Positions 1 to 9,189 of a stretch of 35,091 nucleotides of DNA are shown piece by piece. The notes below the pieces were generated by a model. That model had not been told where the DNA came from and ran no database searches. It saw nothing but the letters and a program-made list of their open reading frames with translations. The position numbers and the translations under genes are program-made. Position 1 is the first letter of the stretch; each line of letters begins with the position of its first letter. The stretch comes from Flavobacteriales bacterium (GTDB lineage Bacteria > Bacteroidota > Bacteroidia > Flavobacteriales_D > JABDKJ01), in NCBI GenBank assembly GCA_013001705.1, contig JABDLZ010000067.1, forward strand, positions 1-35,091, in the 5' to 3' direction.

Positions 1-1748
1 GTCCTTCCCTCTCTGTAGAAATCCGTCAATTCGACCCGGCTTCTCAACTGTACAGTCTCCGATATTCTATAGCGGGTATTCAGTCGATAGTTGCGCTGTA
101 CGGTCTGCCCTACTTGATCGATCGCTAGGTCTTCGACATCCACATTCCGCGGTCTTTCTCGATACCGGTATCTGAAATAGGCTTCTACCCGTCTATTGGG
201 GCGGTATACCACTTGCCCTAGGAATTCGAAGCCACTGGAGGGGGCATCCACTTGGAAACGGAGCCAAGGGAAGCTGAATCGGTCCATCCAAGTGGTGATG
301 GTCCATTTGTTATCCGGGCGAATGACCGTACCCATCAATAGTCCATGTTCATTAGAGACCCGACTTCCTTCTATGATGGGATTGGCATAGACAGCTTGGA
401 AATCCTTGGCCACTGTGCGATGAAGCACGGCCAGGGTCATTCTTCTATCCAATACCAGATAGGCGCCATTGATGGCGGACAGAGCCCCATTGCTCGAGCG
501 ACTCACTTCACCGAAAATGTTGAGATTGCCTTTGACGTATTCATAGTCTGCTCCCAGAACACTCAGTTCCTGACCTCGAAAGAAGAATTGATTGTAGTCC
601 GAAGGACTGACCTGGAACTCGCGGTCAAGATCGAGCTTGACGCCTCGAACGCCTGCTCTGAATCCCTTATGGGACCATTTCAATTCTGCACCGTATATGG
701 TCTCACCGAGGACATTCTTGTCAGCAACCTCTCTGGGTATGCGATGGAATCCATTGATCTGCAGGGCAGAGAAAGAGACTGCCTGCTCAGGGTCCAACGT
801 ATCTCCGGTAAGCAGATTGGCGTCTCGTTTCTTCTTACTACCGAAGAGTGTGAGATCGAAATCTCCGTGTTTCAGTGTCACGGCTGCTCCCCTGAGGAAA
901 TTGTTCTCATCTACCGATCGATAGGGTACCACACCTCGTCCATTGCGCTTGATGGAGAAGAGGTTGGCAGATTTACCGAATGCCAATCCAGACCACATGG
1001 TCATGCCTTGTCCCATCTGTATCTGATAGTCCCCGATAGCCACCTTATCGATTTTGCCGATACGACTTGCATAGGCATGGAACGAATAGTAGTCGAAGCC
1101 ATTCTTCTGCGTACCAGTGAAGAATTCCTCCCCAACATCCTTCTCAGCGGTAAAGCCTATACTCACGCGATTCTGGTAGCGCATGCGATAGCGTACATAG
1201 TGCCTCCATGGGCTTCCTAGGAACCTACTGTTCGGGTTCTCTTCCAATTCATCGCTGGAAATCGGACCCGAACCCTTAAGTTCTTCCAAGATGCGATCCG
1301 TTCGGAGGAAGAGTTCATGCTCACTATTCTGTAGAAGGTCCTTCATAGTGATATTGAGGTCATCGAGATCCCGATTGACCGAAGTGAAATTCCTGAGCAT
1401 CAAGATGACATTCCAGGGAAGACCTGCCACCGATTGCAATTCTTCTAATGCGATGAAGCGACCGAATGTCTCTCTATGTGAGAGGATACGATCTATCTGG
1501 ATATCGGTGACGAATCCCAATGCTTGGAAGTCCTCACGCTGGGCCTGATTGATATCCAAGGGGCGTTCGAGAAAGTAGGTGAGGTCATCGATCAAGGTTG
1601 TGTAGTCGACCTCTGAATCTTCATTGATCTCGGCAATGACCTCTATGCTTTGCTCGATGATATCCTTCTGCTCGGTCTGGGCAGATAGGGCTGCAAAAAA
1701 GCAAAGGAATACTCCTGAAAATAGGGATGTCAGGTCAATTCTTTCCAT
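1..1748 (-). CDS. Secreted helix-hairpin-helix (ComEA-like) domain protein with a long beta-rich C-terminal region. Partial: the 3' end runs off the window (at least 582 codons).
   Basis: Absent from the supplied ORF track because it is open to the window edge. I checked every minus-strand codon in the frame set by ATG 1748..1746 and found no stop down to nt 3. The N-terminus [24 protein letters not shown] is a signal peptide. It is followed by PLDINQAQREDFQALGFVTDIQIDRILSHRETFGRFIALEELQSVAGLPWNV, a ComEA-type HhH pattern. The rest is Y/R/F-rich with an alternating pattern (e.g. YRLNTRYRISETVQLRSRVELTDFYREGR). The start overlaps the upstream gene's end by 14 nt. Confidence 0.8.
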   Translation of the reverse strand, partial: MERIDLTSLFSGVFLCFFAALSAQTEQKDIIEQSIEVIAEINEDSEVDYTTLIDDLTYFLERPLDINQAQREDFQALGFVTDIQIDRILSHRETFGRFIALEELQSVAGLPWNVILMLRNFTSVNRDLDDLNITMKDLLQNSEHELFLRTDRILEELKGSGPISSDELEENPNSRFLGSPWRHYVRYRMRYQNRVSIGFTAEKDVGEEFFTGTQKNGFDYYSFHAYASRIGKIDKVAIGDYQIQMGQGMTMWSGLAFGKSANLFSIKRNGRGVVPYRSVDENNFLRGAAVTLKHGDFDLTLFGSKKKRDANLLTGDTLDPEQAVSFSALQINGFHRIPREVADKNVLGETIYGAELKWSHKGFRAGVRGVKLDLDREFQVSPSDYNQFFFRGQELSVLGADYEYVKGNLNIFGEVSRSSNGALSAINGAYLVLDRRMTLAVLHRTVAKDFQAVYANPIIEGSRVSNEHGLLMGTVIRPDNKWTITTWMDRFSFPWLRFQVDAPSSGFEFLGQVVYRPNRRVEAYFRYRYRERPRNVDVEDLAIDQVGQTVQRNYRLNTRYRISETVQLRSRVELTDFYREGR

Positions 1749-2577
1749 CGTTGAAGCGATAGCTTAACGACAGTTGGGTGGAATAGCCCAATACGTGATG
1801 ATAGCTGGCTGCCACATCAAAACGCAAGGCGTTCCAGTCCACACCGGCACCGAAACTACTCAGGGTGGGTTCTGTAGATATCCCTCCGCGTAGATAGACC
1901 ACCTCTACGACCCGATACTCGATACCCGCTCTGAGAACGGTAGGCATGTCCAAGTCTTTGGTGACCTCGGATACCAATTGCACCTTGTCACTGAATCGAT
2001 AGGCTCCTCCGATACTCATCACCGTGGGAATCCGTTCATCGACCAATTCATTCTTGAGCAGCGTACTCTGCCATGGATTGAACAGGTGGAATGCTAGATC
2101 GAAGTCATCGGTCAAGTGGGAGATCAGACCGATCTCGGCCGTGAGGGTAGAATGGGAACCATACTCATCGAACTGGATACGCTTGCTGTGATAATTGAGC
2201 TGGATACCCATATCGAGCTTTTCTCCGAGCTTCATCCCATATGCCAATCCGAATCTATCATCTGAGAACACCTCTTGACCGAAGGTGCTGACATTGATCG
2301 CTACGGATCTCTGCCCATCTCCATAGGCCACGATGAAGCCTTGATCGGCCAAGCCACCTACAGAGAATAGATTGTGATAGTAGACTCCTGCATGTAGATC
2401 GGTCAATCCGACCAGGCCCGCCTGATTATTGAATCCACTCCATAGTCCGGTCAACATGACGGAATTGTTCCCCATGGCCATGCTCTGTGCACCTCGAGGT
2501 TGGATCTCACCGCCAGCAAAGCTCAGTAGTCCCAACATACATAGCAGCAAGGAGGAGATATGTCTGATCCTAGGCAT
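1735..2577 (-). CDS. Outer-membrane beta-barrel protein, PorV/PorQ (FadL-like) family-like
   Basis: 280-aa ORF with signal peptide [21 protein letters not shown]. The N-terminal motif [28 protein letters not shown] resembles the GARxxGMGGA...NPAGL signature of FadL/PorV/PorQ barrels. The alternating beta pattern ends in ...LSYRF near the C-terminus. Its start overlaps purE by 8 nt. Confidence 0.55.
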   Translation of the reverse strand: MPRIRHISSLLLCMLGLLSFAGGEIQPRGAQSMAMGNNSVMLTGLWSGFNNQAGLVGLTDLHAGVYYHNLFSVGGLADQGFIVAYGDGQRSVAINVSTFGQEVFSDDRFGLAYGMKLGEKLDMGIQLNYHSKRIQFDEYGSHSTLTAEIGLISHLTDDFDLAFHLFNPWQSTLLKNELVDERIPTVMSIGGAYRFSDKVQLVSEVTKDLDMPTVLRAGIEYRVVEVVYLRGGISTEPTLSSFGAGVDWNALRFDVAASYHHVLGYSTQLSLSYRFNDGKN

Positions 2578-3061
2578 GTTTGACTTCGTCTGACATGGTA
2601 GATACCTTGTTCTTCATCTCCTGCTTATACTGTTCCAACTTTTCGGCCAATGACATGTCACTGGTCGCAAGTATCTGTGCAGCAAGTAGGCCTGCATTGG
2701 CTGCGGCATCTAATGCTACTGTGGCTACTGGCACTCCTTTGGGCATCTGCAAAATGGAGAGCACAGAGTCCCAGCCATCGATCGAGTTGCTACTCTTCAC
2801 AGGCACTCCTATGACAGGAAGTGTAGTAGCCGCAGCGGTCATTCCCGGAAGATGGGCAGCCCCACCTGCACCGGCTATAATGACTTTGAGTCCCCGACTT
2901 CTAGCCGTTCTCGCGTAGTCCATCATTTTTTCAGGAGTACGATGGGCCGAGACTACATCCATTTCAAACTCCACACCCAATCGGCCTAATATTTCAGCAG
3001 CTCCTTGCATGACCTTCAAGTCACTCTTGCTACCCATGATGATTCCCACTGCTGCGCTCAT
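2570..3061 (-). CDS. purE: N5-carboxyaminoimidazole ribonucleotide mutase (class I PurE)
   Basis: 163 aa. [13 protein letters not shown]...[11 protein letters not shown]...[14 protein letters not shown]...PVIGVPV are canonical PurE blocks. The gene is adjacent to purK. Confidence 0.95.
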   Translation of the reverse strand: MSAAVGIIMGSKSDLKVMQGAAEILGRLGVEFEMDVVSAHRTPEKMMDYARTARSRGLKVIIAGAGGAAHLPGMTAAATTLPVIGVPVKSSNSIDGWDSVLSILQMPKGVPVATVALDAAANAGLLAAQILATSDMSLAEKLEQYKQEMKNKVSTMSDEVKHA

Positions 3062-3098
3062 ATGGCTTAAATGTATGAATTCTCTCTATCCCTTAATC

Positions 3099-4238
3099 TC
3101 AGTCACCCATTTCCCGGTCAGAAACAAAGGAGACCTTCTTTTGCAGGTCGAGTGCTAGTTCCAGTGCGTTCTGCCTATCTGAATCGACCACGGTGATATG
3201 TCCCATCTTCCTTTTGGGTCGAGTGATGGCCTTGTGATAGTCGTGTAGATGAGCATGGTTGACGTGTTCGACCTCTTCTCGACCTAGGATCCTTCTTGGT
3301 CCTTGGTGGCCATCAGCGCCTAGTAGATTGACCATGACAGCAGTGCCTAGTGCTTCTGTGGGCCCCAATCCTAGTCCAGCTATGGCGCGTAGATGTTGTG
3401 CGTATTGCGATGTGCTATTGCCCTCTATGGTCTGATGACCTGAATTATGTGGCCGAGGGGCGACTTCGTTGATCCATATGCGACCGTCCTTCAAGAGGAA
3501 CATTTCCACAGCCAATAGTCCGACCAAGCCCAGTTTCCGGATAAGGGATTCGGCCAATGAAGTGGCTTCTTCAGCCAAGTCATCCTCTAGCTCGGCCGGA
3601 CTGATCAAGGCACTTACAAGATTGGCCTCCGGGTCGAATTCCATCTCCACAACAGGAAAAGAAGATACCTCACCGTGAATATCCCGAGCTACGATGACCG
3701 AGAGTTCTTTCTGAATATCGGCCAGGTGCTCGATGACCAGAGGGCCGGATAGCGCATTGTCCAACTGGCCTTCATCACGGATCAAGGCGACCCCTTTGCC
3801 GTCATACCCTCCTTTCCTCGACTTGAGAACGAATGGGAATGGGAATCGAGCAGGGTCTATCTCGTTTTTAGATGCAATGAGGGAATAAGGTGCAGTGGGA
3901 AGCTTATTCTCTCTGTAGAATTCCTTTTGAAGTCCTTTATCCTGAATCAATTCCAGGATATCAGGTTGTGGATAGACTTCTACGCCCGAAGTCTGCAATT
4001 CCTTGAGGGCAGCGGTATTCACATGCTCAATCTCCACTGTGACGATATCCTTATTCCGGCCGAATGCGAGCACTTGATCGAAATCCTTGAAATCACCAAG
4101 GACCACATCAGCTCCAATAGCTGCACAACTACATGCTGGATCCGGGTCTAAGAAAGAGAGTCTAACAGGGAGGTCACCAATGGATTCGAATAGCATCATG
4201 CCCAATTGACCTCCCCCAAGTACACCTATGCGTTTCAT
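3099..4238 (-). CDS. purK: N5-carboxyaminoimidazole ribonucleotide synthase (ATP-grasp)
   Basis: The ORF is open from 4280, but the conserved N-terminus MKRIGVLGGGQLGMM starts at ATG 4238. The ATP-grasp body (FPFVLKSRKGGYDGKGV...) is present and the gene lies upstream of purE. A TAcaTTTG box sits at 4245..4252, which would be inside the longer ORF. Confidence 0.9.
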   Translation of the reverse strand: MKRIGVLGGGQLGMMLFESIGDLPVRLSFLDPDPACSCAAIGADVVLGDFKDFDQVLAFGRNKDIVTVEIEHVNTAALKELQTSGVEVYPQPDILELIQDKGLQKEFYRENKLPTAPYSLIASKNEIDPARFPFPFVLKSRKGGYDGKGVALIRDEGQLDNALSGPLVIEHLADIQKELSVIVARDIHGEVSSFPVVEMEFDPEANLVSALISPAELEDDLAEEATSLAESLIRKLGLVGLLAVEMFLLKDGRIWINEVAPRPHNSGHQTIEGNSTSQYAQHLRAIAGLGLGPTEALGTAVMVNLLGADGHQGPRRILGREEVEHVNHAHLHDYHKAITRPKRKMGHITVVDSDRQNALELALDLQKKVSFVSDREMGD

Positions 4239-4244
4239 CGCCCG

Positions 4245-4252
4245 CAAATGTA
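4245..4252 (-). promoter_or_regulatory. Bacteroidota -7 promoter box (TACATTTG) for purK
   Basis: The minus strand reads TACATTTG, matching TAnnTTTG. It lies 6 nt upstream of ATG 4238. Confidence 0.4.
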
Positions 4253-4342
4253 ATGTTCCCCGCAGTCCAGTCTTGTTCAATACTCGTAGGAATAGGCCTA
4301 TCTACACAATAAAAAAGGACAACTTTGCATTCTGAAAGAATC

Positions 4343-5188
4343 ATGCTCAGAAGTCTTCTGATATCCCTCTTTATCAGCGCTTTGGCACTTGTAGATGAAT
4401 CTGCTGCCCAAAAGCCGGTAGACCCCTATGGTGAGATAGGCATCACAGCCGGGTACAGCTATTACATTGGCGACATCAATCCCTATAAGCATTTAGGTCC
4501 AAGGAAGAAATTTGCATTTGGTGGACTCTATAGGTTCAACCTCACCAAACGTCATGCGGTCAGACTGCATGCTAAGAGACTGCACGTAGAAGCTTATGAT
4601 TCGGACAATGAGGACCCTGATCTGGTCAATCGGAATCTGAATTTCCGGAACAAGATGACCGAACTGGCCATGATCCTGGAGATCAACTTCTACGAGTATC
4701 GCCTGGGTCGCATCGGTACGGGATTCACACCTTATGTCTTTGGAGGTCTGGCCTATTTCAATATGAATCCAGAGGCAGAACTCGATGGTGCTTATTATGA
4801 GCTCATAGATATACATACAGAGGCCCAAGGAGCAACGGGATATGACGACCCTTATGGCAGAGGGCATCTGGCCATCCCATTCGGGTTAGGTCTCAAAGCT
4901 GGATTCGGCAAACGTCTGGCATTGAATCTCGAATGGGGCATACGCAGGACTTGGACCGACTATATAGACGATGTGAGCGGTCAATATGCCGACCCATCCC
5001 TCGTACGTGATAATGCCGGTCTGGAATTAGCGGCTGAATTGGCCGACAGAAGTCTGGAGCCTATGGGACCCGATGGAAGCAATATCGGACTCCTACGTGG
5101 GAACCCTGAGAACCGCGATTGGTACATATATACCGGGCTCATACTCAGCGTGCGCCTCGGTGAAGATGGCAATGGCTGTTGGAAGTGA
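4343..5188 (+). CDS. Outer-membrane beta-barrel protein (DUF6089-like)
   Basis: The ORF is open from TTG 4325. ATG 4343 gives the signal peptide MLRSLLISLFISALALVDESAAQ. The protein has a beta-barrel-like alternating pattern (GITAGYSYYIGD..., FGGLYRFNL...). Its position directly upstream of uppS-bamA is typical for this family in Bacteroidota. Confidence 0.65.
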   Translation: MLRSLLISLFISALALVDESAAQKPVDPYGEIGITAGYSYYIGDINPYKHLGPRKKFAFGGLYRFNLTKRHAVRLHAKRLHVEAYDSDNEDPDLVNRNLNFRNKMTELAMILEINFYEYRLGRIGTGFTPYVFGGLAYFNMNPEAELDGAYYELIDIHTEAQGATGYDDPYGRGHLAIPFGLGLKAGFGKRLALNLEWGIRRTWTDYIDDVSGQYADPSLVRDNAGLELAAELADRSLEPMGPDGSNIGLLRGNPENRDWYIYTGLILSVRLGEDGNGCWK

Positions 5189-5206
5189 TTCAAGGCCACA
5201 ATTCAA

Positions 5207-5214
5207 TACTTTTG
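5207..5214 (+). promoter_or_regulatory. -7 promoter box (TACTTTTG) for uppS-bamA
   Basis: Exact TAnnTTTG match, 15 nt upstream of ATG 5230. Confidence 0.4.
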
Positions 5215-5229
5215 CGGCATAGACGGAGC

Positions 5230-5982
5230 ATGGAGAAATTACTGAAAGAGCGCATAGATGATACCAACATCCCTGAGCACGTAGCTGTGATCATGGATGG
5301 CAATGGTCGCTGGGCCAAGAGCAGAGGTAGGGAGCGCATCTTCGGTCATATGAATGGCGTGGAATCGGTCAGAGAGACCCTGAAAACGGCACGAGAGATT
5401 GGCGTGAAATACCTGACTCTCTATGCCTTCAGTACGGAGAATTGGAATCGACCCAAAGAGGAGGTGGATGCCTTGATGGACCTTTTGGTCACCACCATCA
5501 TGGACGAGATCGATGAGTTGGATGACAAGAGCGTGAGACTCAAAGCCATAGGGGATCTCGATAATCTACCCCCGAAATGCTGCAATGCACTCAAAGACGG
5601 TATGGCACGTACCGCGGAGAATGACGACATCACTCTGATACTCGCGCTGAGCTATAGCAGCCGGTGGGAGATGACCAACGCCATACGCGCGATCGCAGAA
5701 AAGGTCGCCAGTGGGGAGCTCGCAGCGGATGAGATCGACTCCAGTATCGTATCCAAGCACCTGAGCACACACGATATTCCAGATCCCAGTCTGCTCATCC
5801 GCACCAGCGGGGAAAAACGCATCAGTAACTTCCTACTGTGGCAGATCGCCTATGCCGAGCTCTATTTCACCGAGGTGCTCTGGCCTGATTTCCGAAAACA
5901 ACATTTCTACGAGGCGATTCTTTCCTACCAGAACAGAGAAAGAAGATTCGGTATGGTCTCAGAACAAATCACAAAGAATTGA
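5230..5982 (+). CDS. uppS: Isoprenyl transferase / undecaprenyl-diphosphate synthase
   Basis: HVAVIMDGNGRWAK, YLTLYAFSTENWNRP and RTSGEKRISNFLLWQIAYAELYF are UppS signatures. ATG 5230 (MEKLLKER) is preferred over the ORF-track start at 5179, which overlaps the upstream gene. Confidence 0.93.
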   Translation: MEKLLKERIDDTNIPEHVAVIMDGNGRWAKSRGRERIFGHMNGVESVRETLKTAREIGVKYLTLYAFSTENWNRPKEEVDALMDLLVTTIMDEIDELDDKSVRLKAIGDLDNLPPKCCNALKDGMARTAENDDITLILALSYSSRWEMTNAIRAIAEKVASGELAADEIDSSIVSKHLSTHDIPDPSLLIRTSGEKRISNFLLWQIAYAELYFTEVLWPDFRKQHFYEAILSYQNRERRFGMVSEQITKN

Positions 5983-8498
5983 AGTCACTTCTCACGACAC
6001 TCCTCCTCTGCGCAGTATGTATCATCGACCTACGCGCCCAAGTTGACCTAGGTCGCCCGCAAGAATATACTGTGGCCGGAATCACGGTCATAGGTGCCGA
6101 ATCCACTGATGTACAGGCCATCAAACTATTTGCTGGAATCAAGGAAGGGGATCGATTGGTCGTGCCTGGAGAACGCATCCCCAAAGCCATAAAGAATCTC
6201 TGGGACCAGGACCTTTTTGCAGATGTAAGCATAGGAATAGCCGATGTACGAGGTGAAGCGATATTTCTCGTGATTGAAGTGGAGGAACGCGAACGCTATG
6301 GAGGTATCGTATTCAAGAAAGGCGTATCTAAATCAGAAGAAGACGATCTGGTGGAGGCCATCCCCCTGATCAAAGGGAAGATCCTCACTGAGAACAACAA
6401 GACCAATTCTCTGAACATCATCCGGGATTTCTACCGCAAGAAAGGTCACCTGCGAGCCGAGGTCCGATTCGAAGAACGCACCAGCGACCTCATCGACAAC
6501 ACGAAATTCATCGATGCTTACGTGACCAAGGGGCCTCGATATAAGATCAATGAGATCTATTTCGATGGCAATGAAGAGATCAGTGATAAAGTTTTGAAAC
6601 GCACCCTGAAAAAGACCAAGGAGAAAAAATGGTATCGCCTATTCAAGCGATCCAAATATGTGGAAGGAGAGTTTGAAGAAGACAGGCGTGCCTTGTTGGC
6701 CAAGTACAATGAAAAAGGATTCCGGAATGCCAAGGTATTAGAAGATAGTGTTTGGGTGAACGATGACCGCACCGTCAATATCTCTATCGATCTGAAAGAA
6801 GGGAATCAATTCTACTTCGGAGAGATCACTTGGCTGGGAAATACCAAATACAGCACCGATTATCTCAATAACCGATTAGGGATAAACAAAGGAGAAGTAT
6901 ACAATCGGGTCAAGCTGGAGGAACGACTCTTCATGAGTCAGAATGGGGATGATGTGAGCTCCTTATATCTGGATAACGGCTACCTCTCTTTCAGTGCCAA
7001 TCCTGTAGAGACCAAAGTGTACAACGACACCATCGATGTGGAGATACGGATGTATGAGGGGAAGCAGTACTACATCAACAAGATCATCATCAAAGGGAAT
7101 ACCATCACAAACGACCATGTGATCACTCGTGAGATACGTACACGTCCGGGTGATCTATTCAGTCGATCGGATATCATACGTACCCAGCGTGAGTTGGCCC
7201 AATTGCAATACTTCGATCCGACTGCTTTTGGCATCAATCCCATCCAGAATCCTTCAGAAGGAACGGTGGATATCGAGTACACGGTCAGGGAGAAACCTTC
7301 TGACCAGATAGAACTCCAAGGAGGTTGGGGAGCTGGACGGGTCGTGGGTACCTTGGGACTGAGTTTCAATAACTTCAGCATACGGAATCTGTTCAATGGC
7401 GAGGCCTGGAGACCCGTTCCCAAAGGAGATGGTCAGCGATTAGCACTACGAGCTCAGACCAATGGGCAATTCTTCTCGGCCTATTCCCTCTCCTTTGTTG
7501 AGCCTTGGTTGGGTGGCAGAAAACCCAATTCATTCAGCGTGAGTGGATCCTTATCGTTACAGAGCAATGGCGCAGCAAAGACCATCATAGATTCTGAAGG
7601 GCAGACTGTCACCAACCCCAATCGTCAGCAGTTGAAGATCCTGGGAGGTTCCGTAGGATATGGTAAACGACTCACCATTCCTGACGACTATTTCCAGCTG
7701 TTCATGACGGCCAGTTATCAAAATTACGAACTGCAGAATTTCGGTAACATCTTCACCTTCGCCAATGGACGATCCAATAACGCGGCCATCACCACTTCGC
7801 TCTATCGGGATTCAAGGAATGGTAATCCCATCTTCTTCTCCAGCGGATCAAGGATAGGTGGTACCCTGCGATTCACTCCAGGAGCATTTTTCGAGTTGGG
7901 TAGGGATTACTCGCCTAGTCTGAGTGATTCCGAGAAATTCGACTGGGTGCAGTATCATAAATGGAAATTCACCTCTGAATGGTACACCCCACTGGGTGCG
8001 CAGGATGAGCAAGGCGGAAATAAACTGGTACTCTTCTCCAAGGTAGGTCTCGGCTATCTCGGAAAATTCAACCAGACCCTGGATGACTCTCCATTCGAGC
8101 GATTCTATCTAGGAGGTAGTGCGCTCACAGGATTCCAATTGGACGGTCGGGAGATCATTGCCTTGCGGGGCTATGACGACCTATCGTTGAGTCCGGAGAC
8201 AGGAGCCACATTCATCTCCAAATACACCATGGAATTACGTTATCTATTATCGCCAAATCCGAGTGCTACCATCTTCGGATTCGGATTCTTGGAGGCCGGG
8301 AATACATGGAATGATTTCGTGGACTATCAGCCTCTGGGCGTCTATCGATCAGGCGGTATCGGCCTGCGTATATTCCTTCCAATGTTCGGTCTGATGGGAC
8401 TGGATTACGGTTGGAGATTCGATGATGTGCCAAATCAACCTACCATGCCTCAGGGACAGTTCCACTTTACCATTGGCATGAATCTTGGGGAACTCTGA
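5979..8498 (+). CDS. bamA: Outer membrane protein assembly factor BamA
   Basis: 839 aa with signal peptide MKSLLTTLLLCAVCIIDLRAQ, POTRA-like repeats and a C-terminal Omp85 barrel (...GLDYGWRFD...FHFTIGMNLGEL). The start codon is TTG at 5979 and forms a TTGA overlap with the uppS stop. Confidence 0.92.
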   Translation: MKSLLTTLLLCAVCIIDLRAQVDLGRPQEYTVAGITVIGAESTDVQAIKLFAGIKEGDRLVVPGERIPKAIKNLWDQDLFADVSIGIADVRGEAIFLVIEVEERERYGGIVFKKGVSKSEEDDLVEAIPLIKGKILTENNKTNSLNIIRDFYRKKGHLRAEVRFEERTSDLIDNTKFIDAYVTKGPRYKINEIYFDGNEEISDKVLKRTLKKTKEKKWYRLFKRSKYVEGEFEEDRRALLAKYNEKGFRNAKVLEDSVWVNDDRTVNISIDLKEGNQFYFGEITWLGNTKYSTDYLNNRLGINKGEVYNRVKLEERLFMSQNGDDVSSLYLDNGYLSFSANPVETKVYNDTIDVEIRMYEGKQYYINKIIIKGNTITNDHVITREIRTRPGDLFSRSDIIRTQRELAQLQYFDPTAFGINPIQNPSEGTVDIEYTVREKPSDQIELQGGWGAGRVVGTLGLSFNNFSIRNLFNGEAWRPVPKGDGQRLALRAQTNGQFFSAYSLSFVEPWLGGRKPNSFSVSGSLSLQSNGAAKTIIDSEGQTVTNPNRQQLKILGGSVGYGKRLTIPDDYFQLFMTASYQNYELQNFGNIFTFANGRSNNAAITTSLYRDSRNGNPIFFSSGSRIGGTLRFTPGAFFELGRDYSPSLSDSEKFDWVQYHKWKFTSEWYTPLGAQDEQGGNKLVLFSKVGLGYLGKFNQTLDDSPFERFYLGGSALTGFQLDGREIIALRGYDDLSLSPETGATFISKYTMELRYLLSPNPSATIFGFGFLEAGNTWNDFVDYQPLGVYRSGGIGLRIFLPMFGLMGLDYGWRFDDVPNQPTMPQGQFHFTIGMNLGEL

Positions 8499-8539
8499 TC
8501 GATTGACTTAATTTCGCAACCCTTTTCAGACATTCCGAC

Positions 8540-9157
8540 ATGATGCGCAAATCCTTGTTCCTAGCCCTCTTCATGACAGCGGCAGTGAGTCTATCGGCTC
8601 AGATGAAGTTCGCCTTTGTGGATACGAAATATGTGCTCGAGAATATGCCGGCCTACGCTGAAGCGCAGGGAGAACTGGATGCTGCAGCGGCTCAATGGCA
8701 GACCGAGATAGAAGACCGTTACGCCACAATCGAGCGTATGTACAAGGCCTATCAAGCGGAGGCCGTTCTTCTCACGGAAGAAATGAGACTGAAGCGAGAA
8801 GAAGAGATCACTCGCATGGAAAGCGAGGCCAAGAACCTACAGAAGCAAAGGTTCGGAGTAGAAGGTGACCTCTTTAAGAAGAGGCAAGAACTCATCCAAC
8901 CCATTCAAGAACAGATATTCAATGCTATCAGGGAATTTGCCAATGAAGGTGGTTATGAGGCCATATTCGATAGATCCGGTCAGGCGGGAGTCCTGTATGC
9001 TAATCCGAAATACGATAAAAGCGACAGGATCTTAAGGAAGATGGGAATCAGACCCGGACAGAACACGAAATCTGATAGCGACAGCGACCAAGGCCGCGAA
9101 GGAAGTGGTGGCAGCTCTCCGCAACGAAATACTGGAGATTCTCCACGTGGTAAATAG
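8540..9157 (+). CDS. OmpH/Skp-family periplasmic chaperone (copy 1, with low-complexity S/D/G-rich tail)
   Basis: 205 aa with a signal peptide, KFAFVDTKYVLENMP, and a coiled-coil body. It lies immediately downstream of bamA. Confidence 0.85.
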   Translation: MMRKSLFLALFMTAAVSLSAQMKFAFVDTKYVLENMPAYAEAQGELDAAAAQWQTEIEDRYATIERMYKAYQAEAVLLTEEMRLKREEEITRMESEAKNLQKQRFGVEGDLFKKRQELIQPIQEQIFNAIREFANEGGYEAIFDRSGQAGVLYANPKYDKSDRILRKMGIRPGQNTKSDSDSDQGREGSGGSSPQRNTGDSPRGK

Positions 9158-9189
9158 AAGAAGTTAAACAAGACAACGACAGACGAAAA

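Noticed and set aside
345-1220. 291-aa plus-strand ORF, the longest ORF the track shows in the first 1.7 kb (plus nested ORFs 637-924 and 1291-1548)
   Set aside because: It has no recognisable motif, signal or domain. The opposite strand carries an uninterrupted frame from ATG 1748 to the window edge, with a signal peptide and a ComEA-like HhH motif. The plus-strand ORF is best explained as a shadow ORF of that gene.
4239-4342. Possible purine riboswitch upstream of purK, and possible Mn riboswitch upstream of the Nramp-like gene (29123-29165)
   Set aside because: The regions are about 100 nt and 43 nt long and are shared by divergent promoters. I could not find the conserved riboswitch cores, and the second region is too short for any known riboswitch.
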